This document shows positions 13,553 to 25,587 of a DNA stretch of 64,000 nucleotides, piece after piece; the stretch's first letter is position 1; every line of letters starts with the position of its first letter. Source of the stretch: Macrostomum lignano (lineage: Eukaryota). The translations under genes were made by a program, and so were the position numbers. The stretch spans positions 1-64,000 of the forward strand of contig NIVC01003472.1 in the NCBI GenBank assembly GCA_002269645.1, in the 5' to 3' direction. The notes below the pieces were generated by a model. That model made no database searches, had not been told where the DNA came from, and saw nothing but the letters and a program-made list of their open reading frames with translations.

Positions 13553-14314
13553 ATGCTCAATATGAAGATGCTGCTTCTACTGTTCGTGCTGGGTGTTCCG
13601 CCTCCAGCTCTGACTAGCGGCATCGCCAGAAGCTACTCAGCCGTGTCCGACGCTTTCCTGTGCATAGGCAGCGAGTTTGTCGAGACGCACCTCGGAGTTA
13701 ATGGCGTTCGACAGTGCGCGATGCTGTGCAGCGATAACCAGCGCTGCCAAGCCTTCAGGTCGGACAACGATTCCGACGGCAGTCCGTGCCAGCTGTACGT
13801 GTTCGACGCCTGCAGCCGGACGGTGCGCTCGGACTGCGGCTGCTCACAGCGCGGCCAGCTGTTCGTGAAGCAGCGATCCGGTCTGCCCGAGGGCTCGCTG
13901 TGCCCGTCCAGCTTCGGCCACGGCCGCTGCGGAGTGAAGTACGGAGCGTACAACGGCAGCGGCAACTGGTGGCTGAGCAAGCAGCGGTGCGAGTCCTACG
14001 GCGACCTGACCATCATGGCGAACGGTGTGGACCTGGCTGAGCTCACTCACCTGGACCAGATGCGCAACGAGTCGCTGTCGCCGCTGACCAGTGTGTGGCT
14101 CGGCGGACACCAGCAGCCGGGCGGCGGCTGGTCCTGGGCGAAGTGCGGCCTCAGCATCGACAGCGGTCTCTGGGCTGCCACCGAGCCAAACGGAGGGGTG
14201 TACGAGAACGCCACGGCCGTCTATCATCACCATTGCCTGCTGCTGTCCGACTTCGCTGACAACAATCCGAGTGTGAACGCCGTGATCTGCCAGTGCGTGT
14301 CACCGTTCGACTGA
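13553..14314 (+). CDS. Secreted PAN/apple + C-type lectin-like domain protein (single exon, 253 aa)
   Basis: Hydrophobic N-terminus MKMLLLLFVLGV. PAN-type CAMLCSDNQRCQAF...CQLY. CTLD motifs W-x-x-S-x-x-x-C, VWLGG, WSW, W-x-x-x-EPN and terminal ICQ. Confidence 0.85.
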   Translation: MLNMKMLLLLFVLGVPPPALTSGIARSYSAVSDAFLCIGSEFVETHLGVNGVRQCAMLCSDNQRCQAFRSDNDSDGSPCQLYVFDACSRTVRSDCGCSQRGQLFVKQRSGLPEGSLCPSSFGHGRCGVKYGAYNGSGNWWLSKQRCESYGDLTIMANGVDLAELTHLDQMRNESLSPLTSVWLGGHQQPGGGWSWAKCGLSIDSGLWAATEPNGGVYENATAVYHHHCLLLSDFADNNPSVNAVICQCVSPFD

Positions 14315-15339
14315 AAACCAAGGAACGCAACCATCTTTCTGAACTCAATTTGAGATTAAGCAGGAAACCAACTTTGCTGCTGTTTATATTGACCAATTAA
14401 TTACTCATCTTTGTCCCTTCTAAAACAGTTTCTGCTTGTCTGAAAGATTCTGACTGATTAGGGACCTACGTGATAACTTTTCAAACTATTAAAAAATTAT
14501 TGAGTAAAAAATTCAAAAGTTATGATTTAATAATAATCTACAGGAAAGTTACTGCTGGTAGTCTAATGTGTGCTTTCTTTATTTTCCTCAAATTTCAGTC
14601 AAAAGATTTCTGATTTATAAAATAAAATTTAGCATAAGTGGACTATCACTTACAGTAGTAAGTTTTGCATACCTAATACTCGTGTAACCTTGAAAAAATA
14701 ATAGATTGAACTACACCTGGATGGCAGTCAACTGATTGAATCGAAAGTACAGATTTATTATATATAAGTATTTGTTATAACACGATTATCAATCTTCTTG
14801 AATCAGTTCATAGCACACAATGGGCAGTTGTTCCAGGGCATGTGTTGCCATGATAGATGAATCTATCATTGTAACACACTGGAATTTATGAACGCCCCTA
14901 TAAAGACGCGCCCTTCCAATTGAAAGACCATTCTGGTTACGACTCTGCTGCCGCGATCTTTAACGGCACTTTTGCATGCTCGTTGGTCCCTTCACACGTT
15001 ACTGAATATGAACAACATTGTTAGCTAGGGGGTTTGGCTGTTGTCAAGTACAGAAACAATCAAAATGACTAACATTGCCACTTTCTGGGGCTCCGACTGT
15101 CGATTTTGAAGCAGCGATGCCTGCCAGTCAAATAGGTGGCACCACTGGTTGGCATGTAGTCGCAATAGTACACCGAACTCGTGTCATTGTTCGTGCGAAT
15201 CAAAACACTACGACTGACTTTTTGCTCTAGACTTTTCTGTTCTTCGCTGGGATCTGAAGAGGTTAAAAATTACTTTAGTTAAGTTAAGCAATGAGGTTTG
15301 GAAACTGACTCGCAGCCAGAGCGTTAGAAAGAAGTCATG

Positions 15340-15445
15340 GACACGCAGGTGTAATCAGGTGTACAGCAGTTCTGACTTTCTAATCGTAAGGCATGTACAG
15401 TCTTTGTGCCTTGAAGGGTTGGCCCCTCATGGCTGTGAATAATCG
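15340..15445 (-). mobile_element. SINE family A internal fragment
   Basis: GTGTACAGC...CTGACTTTCTAATCGTAAGGCATGTACA...GCCTTGAAGGGTTGGCCCCT resembles 7889-7965. Confidence 0.6.
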
Positions 15446-17004
15446 CACGACCAATTTTCGTGCCGCGCACGGATGTCGGACGCATTAACTCAGATACTCT
15501 GCCCCCCCCCTCGAAGAAGTCAGCGGAGTGGGCAGAATTGTACCATGACCTTTGTGTCCGCTGGGCTTCTTCCAGAGGTTGCTTCCGAGAATGGCACAGC
15601 TAAGCAATTCAATGATCTGCCGCACGGATGACTTTTTCGAACTGGGCTTTTATGTTTTTTATAATTATTGGTAGAATTGATTGGTAGGCTTCTATTTTAG
15701 TATGCTGAAAAATAGTCAATACGCAACATTATGTTTACGAGCTTATCAGAATCTCTTGGAAAGCCATATTAAATGAGCTAAGTGCCCAATAGACCCTAGC
15801 AACATAAAACTTTGCACATCCATGTGACTCAGCTATGCGACTTACATTTTAGTCGGAATAGAAAACTATAATTTTTGCACCTTGTCTATGCAGCAATTTA
15901 TCTCAAAATTTTTCGTTAAAAGCTACTTTAGCCTTCGTGTTTGATGCTTCCAGGATATAATTTTGTAGCTGTGTAATGGTTTATTAACCAAAGTTTAATA
16001 TATATTCCTACTTTGAATGGCCTTTTCATATGCGCTCATACTTTAACAACCATAAAAGCTATCCCCATTTGAAATTCAGACTGTAAATTATACGCAAAAA
16101 ATGGCTCCATGCGTAATTATTATTCGTAAGGAAATTTATAAAATGAATTTTAGCCGCATTGTTTTGTATTTACATGTAAGGATAACTCTGGTTATTATAA
16201 AAATATTCATGCCTGTTTTGAGATGGAGACTCAAATAAAACGTTCTACAATTTTTCTGTTGATCTCATTCACTTTAAACTCTATGGTCAGCCACGCTGTT
16301 CATTCGGATTTTCACGCAGTGTTGCCAGTGCAGGCCACGCTTAACTGTCATGACCATAGACTATCGGACTGGCAAAAAGTGCTGATGGTCAGCCACGCTG
16401 TCCATTGGTTTTCTAGGGGTTAATGCCATAGACTACATTTAAGCCCGCTTGCAGAAGTCAAACTTACCTTAATGCAAATTAGCGGGCAGTTAAGATATTT
16501 ATTAATTTATTAATTTATTTTATTTATTTTTTTATTAATTATTAAGATATTCTATGGGTTTGAGGTCGGTATATGTCAATAACCTCCCTGAAAGTGAGCT
16601 TTAATTAGTGGTTTAGTGACATTTAACGCCCGATTGTCTATGTCAAACTTACTTTAATGCAAATTAGCGGGCAGTTAATGTCATTAACTGCCCGCTAATT
16701 TTGTCCCACTTTGTCAAGGACACAAATGTCTATGGCACAATAATAGTAATACCCATGCTGTGCGGGCATTAATGAGAAATCTCTTGGCTGGGCGCCCTCT
16801 GATTTTCCCACTAACGCCCTTAAAGCATGGGTATTAATGTACTAATGCCTCTGAGCCTGGTTGTGGGACGGTGCCCTACAAAACACAAATTTTATATGGT
16901 CTATGGTATAACCCACAAACTCACCGTTCCAAGCAGCGCAAACGTTCGACCGTCCATCGTTTTGTAAACATTCAGACAGTTGGCCCGGTTGCCGCTGGCA
17001 TCAG

Positions 17005-17812
17005 GGAAGGGGGCGCCAAGCCTGCTGGAAAGAGGAGGGGGGCGCCAAGCCTGCTGGAAAGGGGGGGCGCCAAGCCTGCTGGAAAGGGGGGCGCCAAGCC
17101 TGCTGGAAAGGGGGGCGCCAAGCCTGCTGGAAAGGGGGGGGCGCCAAGCCTGCTGGAAAGGGGGGGGGCGCCAAGCCTGCTGGAAAGGGGGGGGCGACAA
17201 GCCTGCTGGAAAGGAGGGGGGGCGCCAAGCCTGCTGGAAAGGGGGGCGCCAAGCCTGCTGGAAAGGGGGCGCCAAGCCTGCTGGAAAGAGGGGGGGGCGC
17301 CAAGCCTGCTGGAAAGGGGGGCGCCAAGCCTGCTGGAAAGGGGGGGCGCCAAGCCTGCTGGAAAGGGGGGGGCGCCAAGCCTGCTGGAAAGGGGGGGGGC
17401 GCCAAGCCTGCTGGAAAGGGGGGGCGCCAAGCCTGCTGGAAAGGGGGCGCCAAGCCTGCTGGAAAGGGGGGGGCGCCAAGCCTGCTGGAAAGGGGGGGCG
17501 CCAAGCCTGCTGGAAAGGGGGGCGCCAAGCCTGCTGGAAAGGGGGGCGCCAAGCCTGCTGGAAAGGGGGGGGGCGCCAAGCCTGCTGAAAAGGGGGGCGC
17601 CAAGCCTGCTGGAAAGGGGGGGGCGCCAAGCCTGCTGGAAAGGGGGGGGGCGCCAAGCCTGCTGGAAAGGGGGGGGGCGCCAAGCCTGCTGGAAAGGGGG
17701 GGCGCCAAGCCTGCTGAAAAGGGGGGCGCCAAGCCTGCTGGAAAGGGGGGGCGCCAAGCCTGCTGGAAAGGGGGGGGGCGCCAAGCCTGCTGGAAAGGGG
17801 GGGGGGGCGCCA
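17005..17812. repeat. G-run minisatellite: constant CGCCAAGCCTGCTGGAAA core plus a variable G tract, roughly 30 copies
   Basis: Directly visible. The overlapping ORFs on both strands are repeat artefacts. Confidence 0.95.
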
Positions 17813-18001
17813 ACACTGTTTCAACTTTTTTAAAATGAGTATTATTGTACACAAATCCAAGAGGCAGCTCAGGATTGGAACAGATGGGAGAAGCGTCTGA
17901 TTGGCTGCTTAAGGTTCCTGCTTTCCATAAAAAACTTCCCAAAAGGAAATTTTAATTCGCCATTATATCACAAAGCTACATTGTCCTAATCAAGCTATAC
18001 A

Positions 18002-21000
18002 ATGACTATGTCTACCATGTGTTCTCACCGATCGTTTATTCAAAGTCTGCTAATATTTTCCATTATCGGTAAGTCACTTGTCTGTAGACAGGATCATTCA
18101 AGTCTTTTATCACAAAAAACAACGTTGCAAAACTCTCTAATAATTACTGTTTCCCCAGGTTTCTGCTCGGCTTCTGAGAGAAGTCTCGAGCGCACCTATA
18201 CCGAGTTGACCGGCTCTGTAAAATTCAAGGAGTCCATCAATAATCCGTTTTTGAATGCTTCATCAACTGTCAGGTGTGGGCAAGAGTTCCAGTGTCTCAG
18301 CGCCTGCACCATAATGGGCTGCGGGGCGGTGCGCACTTTGAAGACTTCTCTTAGCGTCTGGTTTTGCCAGCTGGTGGTGCAGCTCAACGATCTGACTCAA
18401 ACTGAGGATGGCTCGAGGCTTTGGGTGCCCGATGAGCAGACCAACGTACACCGGCTTGTCAACAAGACTTCTGTGTTTAAGAGTGGTTGCAGATGAGTTT
18501 TCTAGTTGTTTATCGAGTGTATAGCTTGTAGATAAACAGAGTTATTGCTAGTTTCTGATGGGGTCTAGTTATAACCGGGGTCACTGATGGGGTCTAGTTA
18601 ACAGTAGAAAGACCATGGGGGTGTATTTCAGATACACACATTATTCCTTTGTCTGGATCTCCAAAAATATTCAACCAATTGCCATGAAAATCCAGAACAC
18701 GGCCCAAAATTTTTTCGCTCTGTTCGATGAAGCAACTTCGAGAATCACGAAAAATCGGCATCGTTGAGATATTCAACGATTCTCCTCGGGGTGTCTGGTG
18801 GCAAAAAACCACCAACATTGGCAAAAGTTTCTGCTCACAAAATCTCATCATGAAACCACGTCGGCTCAACAAACTATTCATATCAGTCGAAGGAACTTTT
18901 GCTCTCAGCATCCCAGGTACCAGGGTCCCCTTCATCACCGTCTGGAGCATACAGGCGACCTTCAGGACCTTCAACGGAGTGCCACCACGCGGCCCCGACG
19001 AGCTGACACCGCCAAAATCGTGATTTTTCTATCAAAGCATATTATACAATGCTTTTGCACCATGTTAAATTGGAGAGTTACAGATTTAACTGGCGACTAA
19101 AAAATAACAAATATTTAATTTCTCAAAAATGATATTACAGCATGTCAAAAATGATATTACAGCATGTCAAAATTGATACTATAGCATGTCAAAAATGATA
19201 TTGCAGCATGTCAAAAACAATATTACTGCATGTCAAAAATGATATTAAAGCATTTTATTTTTTATATCAAGGCACCAATTGAAGTCAACTCTCAAATTTA
19301 ACATGGTGCAAAAGCATTGTAAAATATACAGACATACCAGGTTTGGTGCCTTGATAGAAAAATCACGTTGTTGGGGTGCCCGCTCGTCAGGGCCGCTTGG
19401 TGGCACTCCGTTGAAGGTTCCGAAGGTCGCCTGTATGTCTACAGGTCAGCCTAGAGGGTCGCCGTCGTCCATTTCATTCACCGATTGTGTCTACTGACTG
19501 AATGCTGCATGCAGAAGAGGATTCTTCCACTTCAGTTTTGGGAACGCAGCCGTCTCTGCGATGCCGATCGGGTGCTTTTGTTGTAACGTAGGTCCCGACG
19601 GTCACCGCCGATGCTCCAGACGGTGATGAAGGGGACCCTGGTGCCTGTGATGCTGAGAGCAAAGGCCTCTATGACAGATGGACCCAGAATATTGGGCCAA
19701 TAAGGATTCACCATAAGGGTTTATACAGTGTAGTGTTGGTTGTCCTTATCACCAGTGTCTTCGGTAAGAATCGTTGAATATCTCGACGATGCTGACGTCG
19801 GATGACTTTGAAGTTAGTTCGTCGGAAAGGGCGGAAAAGTTTGATCCATATGGTGGACTTTTACGAAAATTGGTAATTCGGTTTGCGAGCTATCGTGAAA
19901 TGGGTCGTGTGTATTTGTAATACACCCCATGGTCTTTTCCCATGGGAAAAATAGCGTGGTTTTTCTACTGCTAACCGGGGGGGGGTCACTGACGGGGTTT
20001 AGTTATAACTGGAGTCACTGATGGAGTCTAGTTGTAACCGAGTCACTGATGGGGTCTAGTTATAACAGGGGGGTCACTGATGGGGTCTAGTTATGACCCA
20101 GGGGTCACTGATGGGGTCTAGTTATGACCCGGGGGTCACTGATGGGGTCTAGATAATAGATTGAAAGAGATCGATGTCAACAAAGCCTTCACAAAAAAAT
20201 TCCCGGCTCAATCCAGACTCATCCGCAGGCAGTGACGGAACCATCCAGAAGATAATTGTGATCGTCTCAGGCTGCTACCTCATCGAAGCTTCAGGTGCAG
20301 CTGGCGGAGCCAACAGCTTCAAAAGTCATTCCGGCGGCAAAGGCGCCTTCATTGTTGGCAATTTTAGCCTTCTGACCGGTTCGAAGCTGTCAATCGTGGT
20401 TGGTCAGGCTGGCGGCTGGCCGACAACTCAGGGTGCAGGAGCTGGCGGCGGCGGCGGCACCTTTGTCTACCTGACGGACAGCGCTGAGCTGCTGCTTGCT
20501 GCCGGAGGCGGCGGCGGAGCCTCCACGTTTGCACCAGGTGGGAGCTCTAACAATGTTTCTGAGGGTGGCGCCAAAACTGTTCCTGAGTAGTGTGTGGCGC
20601 TAAAAACTCATGTAATCGATGGATTTCCTTTCAAACCGCCTCCCAGGCCGCCCAGGACTTTCCGGACCCAACGGCAGCGACTCAACTATCGGCTCCTACT
20701 CGCCAAACACCGGCTTCGGCGGCGCCGGCGGCCAACCGGGCAGCGGCCCCGCCGGTTCCAACCCCGACTTCGACGGCGGCTTGGGCTCCGGATGGCTCGG
20801 CATGGCCGCCCGGCGAGTCAAAGCCGGCTACGGAGACTCCGGCGGCGATCGAAGCGTTGGCTGGACAGGCGGCGCAGCCGGCAGCGGCGGCGACGGCGGC
20901 TTCGGCGGCGGAGGAGGCGGCGGCGATCCGTGGGGGGCTGCTGGCGCCGGCGGCGGATTCAGCGGCGGCGGTGCCGGTGGCGGTGGCTACCACGCCGGTG

Positions 21001-21116
21001 GCGGCGGCGGATCTTTCTGCGGCGGAGGCGGCTGCTTTGGAGTTGACGGTGGCAACTCGGCCTCCGATCAGGGCTGGGTGACGCTGCGGCTGCTGACGGA
21101 TGGAGCCGGCTGCTGA
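18002..21116 (+). CDS. Probable secreted protein: signal peptide + PAN-like domain + ALK/LTK-type glycine-rich domain. Exons 18002-18068, 18159-~18492, ~20229-20537, 20647-21116
   Basis: G|GTAAGT donor at 18069 and CCCCAG acceptor at 18158, phase 1. PAN-like RCGQEFQCLSACTIMGCGAV...FCQL. GCYLIEASGAAGG...GGKGA...LSIVVGQAGG...GGGGGTFV...LLLAAGGGGGA and terminal GWVTL match the ALK/LTK Gly-rich region. Intron 20538-20646 is phase 1. The exon 2 to exon 3 junction is uncertain. Confidence 0.65.
18602..19970. mobile_element. Foldback-type non-autonomous DNA element (long imperfect inverted arms) inserted in a ~30-bp minisatellite
   Basis: Termini CAGTAGAAA / TTTCTACTG. 18898-19035 is the reverse complement of 19345-19438 plus 19611-19675. 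The spacer carries 22-bp AAAAATGATATTACAGCATGTC repeats. Both flanks are GGGTCACTGATGGGGTCTAGTTATAACC units. Confidence 0.7.
19975..20155. repeat. ~30-bp minisatellite (GGGTCACTGATGGGGTCTAGTTATAACC); further units at 18556-18600
   Basis: Directly visible. Confidence 0.85.
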
Positions 21117-21127
21117 ACAGATTAACG

Positions 21128-21128
21128 A

Positions 21129-21187
<59 letters not shown>

Positions 21188-21198
21188 GACGGACAGAT

Positions 21199-21229
<31 letters not shown>

Positions 21230-21238
21230 GACAGACAA

Positions 21239-21275
<37 letters not shown>
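21128..21275. repeat. (ACAG)n microsatellite
   Basis: Directly visible. Confidence 0.95.
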
Positions 21276-21277
<2 letters not shown>

Positions 21278-21674
21278 TCTTTAGCAGTCCCAGACAATGT
21301 ATACTCAAGTAGTTTCAACTTTCAACTTCACCTCCAGCGCTTTTTCTTTGCAACAGAAGCGACACTTTTATCGACAGCAACCCGGAATAATACTATCCTC
21401 CTTCATTTCTGCATCAGTTGTGTGTGCCTCCCCTTTTTTTACTTATTCTGAATTGTCATTTGTCACTGGGCGTGGGAGAGTAGAGAATTTTCTAGAAAGT
21501 TAAACAGCTGCAACATCGTCACACGAGAGGCTTTGAAAGAAGGAAAAAGTCAGCAAAGCCTAACAAAATAATTGACACATACGCTCGTAATTTAAGGAAA
21601 GGGAAAATGACATAATCTTTTTTGACTTTTTTGACAGAATCTGACAAAAAATGGGCTTTTATGAAGCACTGTCA

Positions 21675-21968
21675 GTCTACAGGAATCACTGACAGTCTGC
21701 AGGAATCACTGACAGTCTGCAGAAATCACCGACAGTCTGCAGGAATCACTGACAGACTGTAGGAATCACTGACAGACTGTAGGAATCACTGACAGACTGT
21801 AGGAATCACTGACAGACTGTATGAATCACTGACAGACTGTATGAATCACTGACAGACTGTAGGAATCACTGACAGACTGTAGGAATCACTGACAGACTGT
21901 AGGAATCACTGATAGACTGTAGGAATCACTGACAGACTGTAGGAATCACTGACAGTCTGCAGGAATCA
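21675..21968. repeat. 20-bp minisatellite AGGAATCACTGACAGACTGT, about 14 copies
   Basis: Directly visible. Confidence 0.95.
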
Positions 21969-22654
21969 CAAAATATTTGTAAAGCTTTTTTCGCAGCGTC
22001 TGCTGGAATCGAAAACTCACATGTTGCATTGGCAATGCCCGTTTCAAGAATAAGCGTCTTGTATCCGTACTGCCTCAGCCAGCGGCCACTCTGTGGATTG
22101 CCTTCCCTAGAGAACATCCGGTAGGTCATGACTCATCTCCCAGATAATTGCGTCTTTCGATATCCTCCTGCCGCTGGGAAATCCTCGACTGCCGTTGAGT
22201 TTCAAAGTGAAGTTGATTGTGGCAGCACTGTCAAAGAATATCGTTTTGCTGAACTGTGGAGTTGAGATTGAGTTGCAGCGTCTGCTTAGACCTTAGACGA
22301 CACAGTGCTGCGTTGACTTTAATAATAATCTAAGATTCATCTGTTCATCCTGACACACTATAGACCAAGGCAAATAGCTCAATCTAAAGACATTTTAGTC
22401 AGTCGGAAGCAAAACACAGACACAAACCTACTTCAAATTTGATTCCACCACCCGCGGTAGCCTGGTTGCTAATGCTACCGGACTCATAGCTGGCGCTAGC
22501 CGACCCGCTCAGCTGCAGGTATGACGGAAAGTGAAAGAACAACGCCGAATTCAGCATCTCAGCCGAGGACGCATTATCTAGGACCACTCCTGGCCGTCAT
22601 TTCGATGTTATCGCTAAAAATTGAGCAAGCAGCTGTTAGGTTAAACAAATAGGC

Positions 22655-22830
22655 AGCTTTGCGCCTTCGGGGTGTACAGCGTCCCTGACTTTCTAATCGT
22701 CCGGCATGTACACTCTCTCTGCCTTTGGGCTTTGGGGCTGGCTCCCATGGCTGTGAATCGTACAACGACAACCCACCTGGCCAGTTTTCGTGGATGCAAA
22801 CCCCAAATGAATGTGTTTGCGTTTGAACAA
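22655..22830 (-). mobile_element. SINE family A-related fragment in an intron
   Basis: GTGTACAGCGTCCCTGACTTTCTAATCGTCCGGCATGTACAC...AAACCCCAAATGAATGTG resembles 7889-8021. Confidence 0.55.
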
Positions 22831-23542
22831 AACCCCAAATTAACCAGGGGTCACGGTGGCGCGAGTCAGACGGGTTCACCGCAGAGCTGCTCTGTCTTAA
22901 CTTGAAGTCACCATACGTACCTGCTGTCAAGGATCCATTTCTGAAGCTTTTCTATGTTTGAGTCGACCTGGATATTAGCGTTTACCGCTTCGGTGCAATC
23001 GCGTATTATCAGAACACTTTTATTGAGAACTGCTATGTAGTCTATCACTCTTAGATAGGCCAAAAAATAAAATATCGTCCCGTTATTCACCAAAATGGGG
23101 TCGGCAATTTGAAAGCCGAAAGTAACATTAAACTGGTGGTCAGCTTGATTTTTTCTTTCCGACAGGCTGACTGTTTGCACAATCATCTGGTCAAGATGGG
23201 CAACGTCCATCAGGACTGTGCCGGCACTGCTGCTCTGGTGTAGTCGGTACTGTTCCTTGGCGAATCCAACGAATTCCGTGTCGACTGATTCCACACTGAA
23301 AAGGTCCGACATGGAGTACCAGGAGCTCGACCCGTTCGAAGCAGCTGGCGTCTCGGCGCTTCCATTCTCGATGCGGAAATTCGGCACTAGAAATTCCATC
23401 GGACCAGATGAATTGGTTGGCACAGTGACTGTCAGGGTTGCATAGACTCTGCTGCCGATTCGAACTGGGGCGGTGTCGCCGGAGTGATCGTTAATGTTCC
23501 TCTGGTCGTTCTAAGGGGGAACGAAAAGCAGTACTTTCTTTG

Positions 23543-23543
<1 letters not shown>

Positions 23544-23598
<55 letters not shown>
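23544..23598. repeat. (CTA)n microsatellite inside a 92-nt intron
   Basis: Directly visible; it follows the minus-strand donor GTAAGTAG. Confidence 0.95.
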
Positions 23599-23600
<2 letters not shown>

Positions 23601-24056
23601 ACCAGCACCATCAGATCCGTCATATTTGTGACATCGACCGAAGCTTGCATAACAATCTGGTTAGAATATACCTCCTCAGATCTAGCCGTGACATTAATCG
23701 AGCAACTGTAAGCCCACGGCTCCACAGGGGCCATGGCGTATTCGACCAAGGGCGCGTAAAGTAAACTGAAGTTTTAATGCGTTTGATCGATTATGCCAAC
23801 TACTATCAGTAGCTAGTTACGCGAATTTGACAGGGTTGAGAAGCAAGGTAAAGTAACTTACGCTCGCTGGATCGGGTTTAGTCAAGTGTGACACCTGCAT
23901 GCGACTAAAGTCCAGGTAGATAGCGTCTATGGACTCGGAGTTGTTGCTGCAAATGGATAGGTACTCAACTCATCTTATCATCAATTAAACTTGTTCCTAA
24001 ACAGCGATGCCTAATCGAAGGACCATCTGAACAGTGATGCTCTCCCTATCATTGAA

Positions 24057-25587
24057 TGACTATGGAGACAGTGCCGCTTCATCATCGAAGGACTATGGAA
24101 ACAGTGACGCTTCATCATCGAATGACTTTGGAAACAGTGACGCTTCATCATCGAAGGATTATCGGGACAGTGGCGCTTCATCATCGAAGGATTATCGGGA
24201 CAGTGGCGCTTCATCATCGAAGGATTATCGGGACAGTGGCGCTTCATCATCGAAGGATTATCGGGACAGTGACGCTTCATCATCGAAGGACTATCGGGAC
24301 AGTGACGCTTCATCATCGAAGGACGATGGAGACAGTGACGCTTCATCACCGAATGACTATGGAGACAGTGACGCTTCATCATCGAAGGACTATGGAGACA
24401 GTGACGCTTCATCATCGAAGGACTATGGAGACAGTGACGCTTCATCATCGAATGACTATGGAGACAGTGACGCTTCATCATCGAATGACTATGGAGACAG
24501 TGACGCTTCATCATCGAAGGACTATGGAGACAGTGACGCTTCATCATCGAATGACTATGGAGACAGTGACGCTTCATCATCGAAGGACTATGGAGACAGT
24601 GACGCTTCATCACCGAATGACTATGGAGACAGTGACGCTTCATCATCGAAGGACTATGGAGACAGTGACGCTTCATCACCGAAGGACTATGGAGACAGTG
24701 ACGCTTCATCACCGAATGACTATGGAGACAGTGACGCTTCATCATCGAATGACTATGGAGACAGTGACGCTTCATCATCGAAGGACTATGGAGACAGTGA
24801 CGCTTCATCACCGAAGGACTATGGAGACAGTGACGCTTCATCACCGAATGACTATGGAGACAGTGACGCTTCATCATCGAATGACTATGGAGACAGTGAC
24901 GCTTCATCATCGAAGGACTATGGAGACAGTGACGCTTCATCATCGAATGACTTTGGAAACAGTGACGCTTCATCATCGAAGGATTATCGGGACAGTGGCG
25001 CTTCATCATCGAAGGATTATCGGGACAGTGGCGCTTCATCATCGATGGATTATCGGGACAGTGGCGCTTCATCATCGAAGGATTATCGGGACAGTGGCGC
25101 TTCATCATCGTAGGATTATGGAGACAGTGACGCTTCATCATCGAATGACTATGGAAACAGTGACGCTTCATCATCGAAGGACTATGGAGACAGTGACGCT
25201 TCATCATCGAAGGACTATGGAAACAGTGACGCTTCATCATCGAATGACTTTGGAAACAGTGAAGCTTCATCATCGAATGACTATGGAAACAGTGACGCTT
25301 CATCATCGAAGGATTATTGGGACAGTGGCGCTTCATCATCGAAGGATTATCGGGACAGTGGCGCTTCATCATCGAAGGATTATCGGGACAGTGGCGCTTC
25401 ATCATCGTAGGATTATGGAGACAGTGACGCTTCATCATCGAATGACTATGGAAACAGTGACGCTTCATCATCGAATGACTATGGAAACAGTGACGCTTCA
25501 CCATCGAAGGATTATCGGGACAGTGGCGCTTCATCATCGAAGGATTATCGGGACAGTGGCGCTTCATCATCGTAGGATTATGGAGAC
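24057..25587. repeat. 33-bp minisatellite (GACTATGGAGACAGTGACGCTTCATCATCGAAG), about 46 copies, intronic
   Basis: Period 33 is visible. It lies inside the predicted minus-strand intron 25721-23766. Confidence 0.93.

Noticed and set aside
14800-15660. Minus-strand fragments with a lectin/PAN flavour (HRCFKIDSRSPRKW; ELLSCAIL)
   Set aside because: Short, stop-interrupted and broken by a SINE fragment. Possibly a relic, but not supportable without alignment.
16317-17818. Possible hAT element from CAGTGTTGCC (16317) to CCAACACTG (17818)
   Set aside because: The flanking 8-mers do not match, so there is no TSD support.
16871-17942. Gly/Pro-rich ORFs on both strands
   Set aside because: Translations of a G-run minisatellite whose frame changes with each G-tract length.
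20590-21318. Overlapping Ala/Arg-rich and VCLS/TDRQ ORFs
   Set aside because: Shadow frames of the Gly-rich exon and translation of (ACAG)n.
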